From IMG/VR virus record IMGVR_UViG_3300006164_000012, positions 1 through 51,369 of that record: DNA of 51,369 nucleotides; one strand, written 5' to 3'. This stretch comes from a virus (taxonomy: Duplodnaviria; Caudoviricetes). Both the position numbers and the translations under genes were made by a program. Positions 38,545 to 46,984 of the stretch are shown piece after piece (the first letter of the stretch is position 1; every line of letters starts with the position of its first letter). The notes beneath the pieces were generated by a model, which ran no database searches, was not told where the DNA came from, and saw only the letters and a list, made by a program, of their open reading frames with translations.

Positions 38545-39516
38545 ATGGATTTAGAAAAAATAATAGAATCTTTCGATAAAGATGAAAAAACCAAAGATTA
38601 TTCAGCAACTGACGTTGGTGATGAGAAAATTGTCTTTGTAACTACCTGCCAATACAGAGAACGTGGAAGTCTTTATGATTTCAATGACCATGAGTATGGT
38701 ATTATCTGTAACTTACTAGAACAGACTAACGTACCAAAGGGTCATTATCAGTTCATTCCCGCAATACGGGAACCTAACACAGTAGAGGACGACCTCTCAA
38801 CTGCCGATTACAACACGCACCGCCCATTCCTCTTTGCGGACTTAGAGACGGCAAACCCCGACCTTATCATCCCACTCGGAAATGTAGCTTTGAAAACGTT
38901 ACTCAAGAAGTCTGGTTTGTTTAATAAGCGGGGTAGGGAGTTTCTTTATGAGGGATGCCCAGTTGTCCCCACCTACAGCTCAGACCTAGTCTTCTTAGAG
39001 CCTAAGCTCCGCAAACTGTTTATTCAGGATGTGAACAACGCTTACGATAAGTTCATCTTAAATAAGAATAAGTTCGACGGCTCAAGCTACGTTCTATGTA
39101 AAACCATAGAGGAGTTTAATGAGCAGATGGATATAGCTGAGCAATATACTGCCTTAGGGTGTGACATAGAAACCACTGGCTTAGATTTTAAGAAAGACGA
39201 GATGTCCACAATCGCAATAGCCTCTGGTGAGCACCAAGCATTCACTGTCCCTATTAACCATAGGGAAAGTCCTTTCGATGATAAAGATAAAAAAGTTATC
39301 AAAGAAAGATTAGCAGCCTTAATGGCAAACAAAAGCATCGAGAAAATTTTTCATAACTGCCAATTTGATATTAAATTCATGAAGACCTTCGGGATAAATG
39401 AGTTTCACAACATTGGAGATACGAAAATTATGCACTCGCTACTCGATGAGAATCTTCCGCACGGTCTTATGGACTTAGTGAAGGAGTTCTTCCCCCAAGA
39501 ATTGGAGAAATTTTAA
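38545..39516 (+). CDS. DNA polymerase N-terminal subunit: degenerate UDG family-4-like domain plus ExoI/ExoII half of the 3'-5' exonuclease
   Basis: NPDLIIPLGNVALKTLL..RG..PVVPTY (UDG-like), CDIETTGLD (ExoI), IFHNCQFD (ExoII) and GDTKIMHSLLDEN..HGL..L. Confidence 0.85.
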   Translation: MDLEKIIESFDKDEKTKDYSATDVGDEKIVFVTTCQYRERGSLYDFNDHEYGIICNLLEQTNVPKGHYQFIPAIREPNTVEDDLSTADYNTHRPFLFADLETANPDLIIPLGNVALKTLLKKSGLFNKRGREFLYEGCPVVPTYSSDLVFLEPKLRKLFIQDVNNAYDKFILNKNKFDGSSYVLCKTIEEFNEQMDIAEQYTALGCDIETTGLDFKKDEMSTIAIASGEHQAFTVPINHRESPFDDKDKKVIKERLAALMANKSIEKIFHNCQFDIKFMKTFGINEFHNIGDTKIMHSLLDENLPHGLMDLVKEFFPQELEKF

Positions 39517-40499
39517 TGATTACAGTAGATTATATTTGGTTAGATGGCACAGAAGACATGCCTCAATTACGTTCGAAGACTCGCGTCTTTGAAAAACCCC
39601 ACGCACTTCCTGAATTACCTGATTGGTCTTTTGATGGAGGAAGTACAAACCAAGGAAGCGTTAAAGACTCAGACCGAGTCCTGCACCCTGTGCGTTTATA
39701 CAAGAACCCTTTTAATGAAGGTAACTACTTGGTACTATGTGAAGTGAACAACATTGATGGTACCCCCCACGAAACAAATCAACGCCATCTTTTGCGGACT
39801 CAACTAGAGAAGGGAGGTATGGACTGCTCTTGGTTTGGATTTGAGCAAGAGTATACTTTAACTGACCCAATGCAACAGCCCCTTGTGCCTGAGGAGATTA
39901 CACAAGGAGAATTTTACTGTGGTATCGGAGCCGGTAGGGTTATTGGAAGGTTAGTAGCCGAGGAACACCTTAAAAATTGCTATGACGCAGGTATTACCTT
40001 GTTTGGCAATAACGCAGAGGTCATGATTTCTCAGTGGGAATACCAAACCAATCCTAAGGAAGCCTTAGATGCTGCCGATGATTTGTGGATGGCTCGGTAT
40101 ATTATGGAGCGAGGTACGGAGAAATTCAACATGCGAGTCTCTTACCACCCTAAAATCTATAAGGACCTGAACGGCGCCGGTTGCCATGTAAATGTTTCAA
40201 CTTCACAAACCCGTAAAAGCCTTAATACAAAAGAGACGGGCGATATAATGAAGAAGTTCAAGAAGACGCACAAAGACCATATTAATGTCTATGGTAGTGG
40301 AAACGAATTACGTTTAACAGGAGAACACGAAACTTCTAGTTTCGATAAATTCACTTGGGGTGTGGGTGACCGTGGCGCAAGTGTACGTATCCCCTCCGGC
40401 GTTGCACTGCAAGAGAAAGGTTACTTTGAGGACCGCCGTCCTGCGGCGACCTGTGACCCCTACCAAGTTACCTCCCGTATACTCGAAACGCTAGAGTAA
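39516..40499 (+). CDS. glnII: Glutamine synthetase type II
   Basis: YIWLDG, LRSKTR, WSFDGGST.Q, WFGFEQEY, YCGIGA, NAEVM..QWEYQ, HPK..NGAGCH.N.S, RLTG.HET, DRGASVRIP and GYFEDRRPA. Confidence 0.95.
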   Translation: MITVDYIWLDGTEDMPQLRSKTRVFEKPHALPELPDWSFDGGSTNQGSVKDSDRVLHPVRLYKNPFNEGNYLVLCEVNNIDGTPHETNQRHLLRTQLEKGGMDCSWFGFEQEYTLTDPMQQPLVPEEITQGEFYCGIGAGRVIGRLVAEEHLKNCYDAGITLFGNNAEVMISQWEYQTNPKEALDAADDLWMARYIMERGTEKFNMRVSYHPKIYKDLNGAGCHVNVSTSQTRKSLNTKETGDIMKKFKKTHKDHINVYGSGNELRLTGEHETSSFDKFTWGVGDRGASVRIPSGVALQEKGYFEDRRPAATCDPYQVTSRILETLE

Positions 40500-40687
40500 T
40501 GTTAAGGGATAATCTACCCCCTCAACAAAAACATAACGCAACCGAAACCCTAAAACAGATTCTAGAGACTATAATACAAATAGGAGAAGCGACTCAAGTA
40601 AGCCCCATGGCTAATAGTAGATACGTAAACCTGATTTTTGACCTAAGCCACTTAATTGAAGAACTGAAATATGCTGACCGTAACTGA
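40499..40687 (+). CDS. Small hypothetical helical protein
   Basis: 62-aa ORF coupled to the GS stop by TAATG and overlapping the polymerase C-part start by 17 nt. Confidence 0.55.
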   Translation: MLRDNLPPQQKHNATETLKQILETIIQIGEATQVSPMANSRYVNLIFDLSHLIEELKYADRN

Positions 40688-42185
40688 TGGAGGAGCCTTT
40701 GACTGGGCAAATATGCCCTTGGACGACATGGCGTTGGGAAACGCCATGGACGCCGATTTTACTTTAAGAGCTTATAACGCTATGACGAGCGATATGAAAG
40801 GGAAGGGCGTAAACCATGTTTACGATAAACTTCTTAGAGACATTTTGGTCGTCGCATCTAATATAGAACACAAAGGTATCCTTGTAGATGGGGACTGTGT
40901 TAAGAAATTTGATGTGCTTCTTACAAAGGAAGTTGGTGAGCTGTACGCCAAGCTATCAGAGTTATCAGTTATTGACGGGGTAAACCCAAACTCTAACGCA
41001 GACATGGGGTTACTCCTGTTTACTAAAGAAGGTTTTGGTTTAAGGGCGCTTGAGTTTTCCAAGAAAACCAAGGCAGCTTCTATCACTGAAGCTCATCTTA
41101 AGAAAGTAGCTGTTACTGCCAAAGGAGATGCAAAGGAATACATTGAACTCCTATTAAAATACAAAGGTCGTATGAAGCAACATAAGACCTATGTTAAAGG
41201 CGTTGAAAAAGCGGTAGCTTATAACGAAGACGGTCGCGTATACTCAAGTTACAATTTTGGTAACGTGGTAACTGGACGTCTAAGCTGTTCAACCTACACA
41301 GTAGGCAAAGAGCGTAAAGGTATTTCCTTTCACACCTTACCGCGACCTGATGAGAATGACGCAGTTAATCTTCGTAGCATGATGACGGCAGATGATGATA
41401 AAGTGTTTGTAGCGGCTGACTTCTCTCAAGCAGAGTTGCGTGTACTCGCACAATGCTGCAAGGATAAAAACCTAATTGAAGCATTTAACTCCGGACAAGA
41501 CTTACACCGATTCACAGCTTCACTTGTGTTTGGAAAAGACCCTGCCGAAGTAACTAAACAAGAAAGGCAGATTGCTAAAAGTGTTAGCTTCCTTATCGTT
41601 TATGGAGGAGGTCCCAACAAACTCGCAGAGCAGATTGGGAAGGATATAGGTTACTGTAAAAATATTTTCCGTGCCTACCAAGATTCATTCCCTAAAGTTT
41701 TTGAATGGATTAGTTTTGTACACAAGTTTGTTAAAGCTAACGGTTACGCCGTAAGTATCTTCGGTCGCCGACGACACCTACCAAACGTAACAAGCCCCAA
41801 CCGTAAGTATCAATACCGCGCTTTACGTCAAGGGATGAACTTCGTAATCCAAAGCTCAGCATCAGACCTTATGCTGCACTCTATCTTGAGGTTAAATAAG
41901 TACTTAGCTGCCACGGGCATAGACGCACAGATTCTAGCGACAGTACACGACTCCGTAGAGGTACAGTGTTCCCGAAAGGACCTGTCCAAAACTGTTGAGT
42001 TAATGAAGTATGTGTTACAAAGCACAGACGAGTTTAAGGGTTTGTATGGCTTAGATTTTATTGTACCTTTTGAGGTCGATGTTGAAGCTGGCAAATCTTT
42101 TGGGGACATGATTGACGTAAAGTTTAATCCTGCTGGACAGTTCCTAAATAACGATGAGATTATAAATTATGTCGACAACATCTAA
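40671..42185 (+). CDS. polA: Family A DNA polymerase catalytic subunit (ExoIII segment plus polymerase domain)
   Basis: TGRLS, motif A ADFSQAELRVLA, DLH, motif B RQIAKSVSFLIVYG, FGRRR, N..IQS.ASD and motif C VHDS. Confidence 0.95.
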   Translation: MLTVTDGGAFDWANMPLDDMALGNAMDADFTLRAYNAMTSDMKGKGVNHVYDKLLRDILVVASNIEHKGILVDGDCVKKFDVLLTKEVGELYAKLSELSVIDGVNPNSNADMGLLLFTKEGFGLRALEFSKKTKAASITEAHLKKVAVTAKGDAKEYIELLLKYKGRMKQHKTYVKGVEKAVAYNEDGRVYSSYNFGNVVTGRLSCSTYTVGKERKGISFHTLPRPDENDAVNLRSMMTADDDKVFVAADFSQAELRVLAQCCKDKNLIEAFNSGQDLHRFTASLVFGKDPAEVTKQERQIAKSVSFLIVYGGGPNKLAEQIGKDIGYCKNIFRAYQDSFPKVFEWISFVHKFVKANGYAVSIFGRRRHLPNVTSPNRKYQYRALRQGMNFVIQSSASDLMLHSILRLNKYLAATGIDAQILATVHDSVEVQCSRKDLSKTVELMKYVLQSTDEFKGLYGLDFIVPFEVDVEAGKSFGDMIDVKFNPAGQFLNNDEIINYVDNI

Positions 42186-43188
42186 AGTAGTTATACTAAC
42201 TGACCTGCATTTACGTGCAGATTATTTCCCGGGGTTCCTAGACAGACAAGTGGAAACCCTACTCCATCTAACCAACAAGAAGCCTTGTGATTACGTTGTT
42301 ATTAACGGTGACGTATTCGAGCGTAGAAACCCTAGAAGTGAGGAACTACTCGCTTTCGGTTACTTGTTAGATAATATTAAATGTAAAAATATTATCGTAA
42401 ACAGAGGTAACCACGACACCTTACGTAAAGACGGGACATCGGATACAATCCTGTCTCTGTTTTCTGAGAAGGCTCGTATAGTTAAAGATACCGAGACCAT
42501 ACGTTTAGGAGACATCAATTTCGATTTCATTCCCCACTACGAAGATGAGGATAGGATAATTGCTGACCTAAAGAAAAATAAAAATCCTGTGTTTGGACAC
42601 TTTGGATTTGATGGGTGTGTATCTAACGGACACTATGCGTATGAAGCCCGTGTAAAGAAATGGCACTTTAAGAAAAAGCCAATTGCGTTTTTAGGACACA
42701 TACATAAGCCTAAAATCTATGACAACGTTGTTATCTTAGGAACTCAATACTCCAACACTTTTGGGGAAGCTAACGCCACTAAGTTCGTACATGAGCTGGT
42801 GTTACGTGGGCAAGATATAGAGCTTATTAAAAAGCCTATAGGTAAAGGTATTAAACATATTGTAGGAACCATAGACGAAATCCCTGCCTTAGCCAAGAAG
42901 CACAAGTTCGAAGACTTCTTCACAATCCTCAGAGTTAAAATGGATAAGCTAGACTCGTATACTGAACAGAGACTACGCGACGAGATTTTTGCAGAGTACC
43001 CTATCCAAAGCCTTGAGCTTGTATTTGAGGACGTACTTCCGAAGTTCGAGTCCGGGTATATCCCTAAGAACCGTATATTCAGTTTAGATGAAAAGGTTAT
43101 TGATGATTACATTAATGCTAGTGATTCTATTTTTGATAAGAAGGATATTTTGAAAGCGTTAAAGGAAATAAAAGATGAAGTTAAATAA
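42169..43188 (+). CDS. gp47: Recombination endonuclease subunit (gp47 / Mre11 / SbcD-like)
   Basis: Metallophosphoesterase motifs DLH, GDVF, GNHD, GHF and GHIH. Confidence 0.9.
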   Translation: MSTTSKVVILTDLHLRADYFPGFLDRQVETLLHLTNKKPCDYVVINGDVFERRNPRSEELLAFGYLLDNIKCKNIIVNRGNHDTLRKDGTSDTILSLFSEKARIVKDTETIRLGDINFDFIPHYEDEDRIIADLKKNKNPVFGHFGFDGCVSNGHYAYEARVKKWHFKKKPIAFLGHIHKPKIYDNVVILGTQYSNTFGEANATKFVHELVLRGQDIELIKKPIGKGIKHIVGTIDEIPALAKKHKFEDFFTILRVKMDKLDSYTEQRLRDEIFAEYPIQSLELVFEDVLPKFESGYIPKNRIFSLDEKVIDDYINASDSIFDKKDILKALKEIKDEVK

Positions 43189-44785
43189 ATTAGAAATATA
43201 TAATTTTTTATCGATTAAGGAGGCTGTAGTAGATTTTGATTCCTATGGCAACTTAGTCCGTATCGTCGGTAAGAACTACGACACCAAACCACGTAGCTCC
43301 AACGGCGCAGGTAAAAGCTCGATTATCGAAGCGGTTATGTTTGCGTTGTTTGGAAAGACCATACGTAAGACCAACGATAAGAGTTTAAAGAATTATCGTA
43401 CCAAAGGTAAGTGCCGGGTTGTACTTACAGTTAATGGGGATACGGTAATAGAGAGAATAAAGAAAGCTCCCATGTTATCCGTTACTGTAGGAGATGAGAA
43501 CTGTACACAGGAATCTATTCAAGCCACTCAAAAGTACCTTGAGCAGATTCTTAATATCAATCACAATGTATTCCTAGCCTCAATTGTATTTGGTCAAGGG
43601 AATACAACCAACTTCCTCTCTGCCACCCCCGAAGAGAAGAGAGCCATTATACAAAACTTCCTTTCTGTAGGAGACTTGTTTAAGAACCGTAGTGTTATTA
43701 AGTCCTTAAAATCAAAGTACCTACAGGAGAAGAAACTTAACCTAACGTTGTTAAGTAACGGAACCAATAAGATTGATAAGCTACAGAACAAACTCAAGAA
43801 GCTTCGGGAGTTGAAGAAGATTTCTAAGAGTTATTTGAGTTCTGAGAAATATAAATTTATTTTTGGTAAGACTCTGACCGAGATTCAGGAACAGGAACGC
43901 GCACACCACGAAAAGGACTTAGAGTATGAACGTACTATGACGCACAGAGACGTCGTTAGAGAGCGTATAGTCCAAACCCATTCAATGATAAAGAACCTAC
44001 AGGACGCGAACTGTGAGCACTGTGGAAAGCTCTCTCACATGAACTGGGGTAAAGTTCAAGATATGGAGGCTAAGATACAGGAGTGGTCTACTGAAGAACG
44101 AGGTTTAGTGAAGCTGGTAACTGCTTTAGCTAAAGAGGTGGATTCCCTACAGATACCCGTAACCACGGAAGACTTCGAGACAATCGAAAGGTTTAAGGAG
44201 ATAGACACGGAAGTCAAGATTCTCTCAGCCCAACAGAAGGAAGAGAAGAAGATGATTCGTAAGTACGGTGACCTATCTACGGTCGCTCAAAAGGGTTACG
44301 ACCTCATGAAGTTCTGGGAACACGCTTTCTCGGAAGCCGGGCTGATTAAGTACGTCATCCGTAACATCCTAGAGTACATGAATGAGAGGTGCAACTCGTA
44401 TCTAAGTACGCTGACTAAGGGAAATTTTGTTATAAAATTCGACGACTCTTTGTCTGAAGAGCTCTATAATGATGGAGTCATGTGCCACTTCGAATCCCTT
44501 TCCGGAGGAGAGAAGAAGCGCGTTTCTTTAGCGGTAATGTTGGGTTTGAATGACCTACTCTTATTAACAGGAAAAGACCGCTCCAACATCATCTTTTTTG
44601 ATGAAGTGGCGGATTCTCTTGACGACGATGGGGTCAAAGGCTTAATTGAGCTAATCCATCAACTCACTGAACACAAGAAATTGTTCTTAATTACTCATAA
44701 TGAGTACTTAACTTCTCTTCTTGAAGAATATTCTGAAACTTTAACTGTTTCAAAACGTAATAATATTACCAAAATCACTAAATAA
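43175..44785 (+). CDS. gp46: Recombination ATPase subunit (gp46 / Rad50 / SbcC-like)
   Basis: Walker A NGAGKS, zinc hook CEHC, signature LSGGEKKR, Walker B FFDE and H-loop ITH. Confidence 0.93.
   Translation: MKLNKLEIYNFLSIKEAVVDFDSYGNLVRIVGKNYDTKPRSSNGAGKSSIIEAVMFALFGKTIRKTNDKSLKNYRTKGKCRVVLTVNGDTVIERIKKAPMLSVTVGDENCTQESIQATQKYLEQILNINHNVFLASIVFGQGNTTNFLSATPEEKRAIIQNFLSVGDLFKNRSVIKSLKSKYLQEKKLNLTLLSNGTNKIDKLQNKLKKLRELKKISKSYLSSEKYKFIFGKTLTEIQEQERAHHEKDLEYERTMTHRDVVRERIVQTHSMIKNLQDANCEHCGKLSHMNWGKVQDMEAKIQEWSTEERGLVKLVTALAKEVDSLQIPVTTEDFETIERFKEIDTEVKILSAQQKEEKKMIRKYGDLSTVAQKGYDLMKFWEHAFSEAGLIKYVIRNILEYMNERCNSYLSTLTKGNFVIKFDDSLSEELYNDGVMCHFESLSGGEKKRVSLAVMLGLNDLLLLTGKDRSNIIFFDEVADSLDDDGVKGLIELIHQLTEHKKLFLITHNEYLTSLLEEYSETLTVSKRNNITKITK
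44778..44784 (+). promoter_or_regulatory. Putative late promoter element CTAAATA before groES
   Basis: Same heptamer as at 3357 and 31161, 14 nt before the groES ATG; overlaps the end of gp46. Confidence 0.35.
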
Positions 44786-44798
44786 AACACATAGAAAA

Positions 44799-45074
44799 AT
44801 GAATTACAGCCCCAACGGAAAAAGATTAATTGTTTCACGTAAGAAGAACAAAGAACAGAGTATAGGAGGCATCTTAATGCCCGCTAGTCACCAAGATGCT
44901 AAACTAAGCGAAGGCTATATTGAACGAATTGGTACTGGTTGTGTAGGAGAACATTGGAACAAAGGTACCCATGTCATATTTGCACAGTTTGCGGGTCAAG
45001 AGATTATGCTTGAGAACCAAAGTTACCTAGTTCTCCCTGAAGAAGATGTTTTAGTGTACGGAGATGAAGCTTAA
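44799..45074 (+). CDS. groES: Co-chaperonin GroES
   Basis: P.GKRLIV, GGILMP, G.I..IG.G, FAQFAGQEI and YLVL.EEDVL. Confidence 0.88.
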   Translation: MNYSPNGKRLIVSRKKNKEQSIGGILMPASHQDAKLSEGYIERIGTGCVGEHWNKGTHVIFAQFAGQEIMLENQSYLVLPEEDVLVYGDEA

Positions 45075-46978
45075 TGAGCTACACAATACCTGAAAACTCC
45101 CTTGCGGAGACTATATTCATGGATAAGTACGCTTACCCTGGTGAAACTACGTGGAAAGAGTGTGCAAAGCGGGCTGCTAAGTCGGCTGCTGACCCTGAAT
45201 TCCCTGAGAACCGGGAGAAGTATGAGCAAAAGTTCTACGAAGCAATTAACAGTGGTGATTTCTGTCCCGGAGGTCGTATTCTTTATGGCTCTGGTCGAAG
45301 TAAGCAGAACATGCTTAACTGCTACGTGTTAGACCCGGAGGATTCCGTGGACAGTATAGGCAAAGTCATTTCAGACATGTACAAGATTTCTTGTGGTGGC
45401 GGGGGTATAGGCTTTAACTTCTCTAAAATTCGCCCTAAAGGCGACAACATACAAAATATCCATCACTCAGCACCAGGGTCTATCTCTGTAATGCGTATGA
45501 TTAATGAGATTGGTAACCATGTTCGTGCAGGAAAGAACCGTCGAACAGCACTAATGTCAATTTTGGATATTACTCACCCCGATTTCTTAGAGTTTCTCCA
45601 CGTTAAGTTGGACCGAAATGAGCTTACTAATTTTAATATTTCTGTAGCCATCACCAAAAAGTTTATCTCTGCAGTAGAGAATGATGAGGAATGGTACTTT
45701 ACATTTAACGGACGACAAAACAAATACTTTGTTTTCGAAGTAGAACGTACTTCTGAAGAAGGTAATGACGTAGTTGACGTTGTGGCTAAGAATGAAGAAG
45801 ACGCAATGGGTCGTGCTAAACTGCACCACTTAAAGCATTACTCTGACACCTTTACAACAGCCACTAAAAAAGAAATTCGCGCTCGTGAACTTTGGGAACG
45901 CATTATAGACAATGCTATCGAATCAGGAGAACCAGGAATATTTAATATCGATTTTGCAAATGAATACACTAACGTCTCCTATTTTGAACACATGCCGTCG
46001 ACTAATCCGTGCGGTGAAGAAGTACTCCCTGCTTACGGCAATTGCTGTCTTGGTCATGTTAATCTCGCTAACATGGTTGATATGGATGGGGTTATTGATT
46101 GGCGCCGAATGGCTCGGGCGATTCGTACCGGAACCAGATTCCTAGACAACATTCTAACTGCTAACCACTTCCCTATCCCGGAATGTGATGAAGCTGGTAT
46201 GCGCTCACGCCGTATTGGATTAGGTATTACTGGATTACATTACTTCCTGATTAAAGCGGGGTATAAATACGGCTCTGAGGATTGCTTAGAGTTTTTAGAT
46301 AGATTATTTGCCACTATAAGAAATGAAGCGTACAAAACTTCTATGTATCTCGCAAGAGAGAAAGGCAGTTTCCCTGCTTATGACTGGAGTAAACTAAAAG
46401 ATGAAAAGTTCTTTAAAACACTACCCTCTCGCATTCGCTCAGACATTAAGAAAAACGGTCTTCGGAATGCTGTCCTACTCACGGTTGCTCCGACTGGAAC
46501 TATCTCTATGGTCCTGGGAGTCAGTACTGGTCTCGAACCAATATTCGCTCCCGTCTATAAGCGTCGTTGGCGCACTGGCACTAACGGCATCTGGAATGAG
46601 ACTATTGTCCTCGACCCGTTATTTAAGGAACTATACTTACGGGGTCGCGATGTTTCGCATTGTGTGGGGGCTTATGATGTTACGCCGGAGGAGCATATCA
46701 AAGTCCAAGCAGTTGTACAAACTTATATTGACTCAGCCGTCTCGAAGACGTGCAATCTTCCAGCGGGTTATGAGCCGTCAAACTTATACGACGACCTTTT
46801 AACGTATGCTAATGACATGAAAGGGTTTACGTTCTACCGAGCAGGTTCTAGAGGCAACGAACCTTTGGAAGCTGTGGACATGACAACCCTCAACTTAGAT
46901 AAACTTATTAGTGATGGTACGGTAGAATCTCAAGTTGAGTCCGTAGATTCTTGTAAAAGTGGAGTCTGTGAACTATAA
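45074..46978 (+). CDS. nrdJ: Ribonucleotide reductase, most likely class II (B12-dependent)
   Basis: PGGRIL, NCYV, GGGIG..FS.IRP.G, TNPCGE, CCLG.VNL, RRIGLG, APTGTIS and a C-terminal CxxxxC; no beta subunit gene in the window. Confidence 0.85.
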   Translation: MSYTIPENSLAETIFMDKYAYPGETTWKECAKRAAKSAADPEFPENREKYEQKFYEAINSGDFCPGGRILYGSGRSKQNMLNCYVLDPEDSVDSIGKVISDMYKISCGGGGIGFNFSKIRPKGDNIQNIHHSAPGSISVMRMINEIGNHVRAGKNRRTALMSILDITHPDFLEFLHVKLDRNELTNFNISVAITKKFISAVENDEEWYFTFNGRQNKYFVFEVERTSEEGNDVVDVVAKNEEDAMGRAKLHHLKHYSDTFTTATKKEIRARELWERIIDNAIESGEPGIFNIDFANEYTNVSYFEHMPSTNPCGEEVLPAYGNCCLGHVNLANMVDMDGVIDWRRMARAIRTGTRFLDNILTANHFPIPECDEAGMRSRRIGLGITGLHYFLIKAGYKYGSEDCLEFLDRLFATIRNEAYKTSMYLAREKGSFPAYDWSKLKDEKFFKTLPSRIRSDIKKNGLRNAVLLTVAPTGTISMVLGVSTGLEPIFAPVYKRRWRTGTNGIWNETIVLDPLFKELYLRGRDVSHCVGAYDVTPEEHIKVQAVVQTYIDSAVSKTCNLPAGYEPSNLYDDLLTYANDMKGFTFYRAGSRGNEPLEAVDMTTLNLDKLISDGTVESQVESVDSCKSGVCEL

Positions 46979-46984
46979 TAAGTT

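Noticed and set aside
39505-39520. Programmed frameshift at GAG AAA TTT TAA fusing the exonuclease to GS
   Set aside because: The heptamer is not in the X XXY YYZ phase for a -1 slip, and the +1 frame stops within about 25 codons. Ordinary TAATG coupling explains it.
39516-40670. Group I/II intron, intein or ribosomal bypass rejoining the polymerase halves
   Set aside because: The interval is fully occupied by a metabolic gene and a small ORF. There is no homing endonuclease, no room for a ribozyme core and no intein Cys/His-Asn termini, and 1.15 kb is far longer than the T4 gene 60 bypass.
38545-42185. Polymerase as a pseudogene
   Set aside because: Both halves are uninterrupted with intact catalytic motifs and clean translational coupling.
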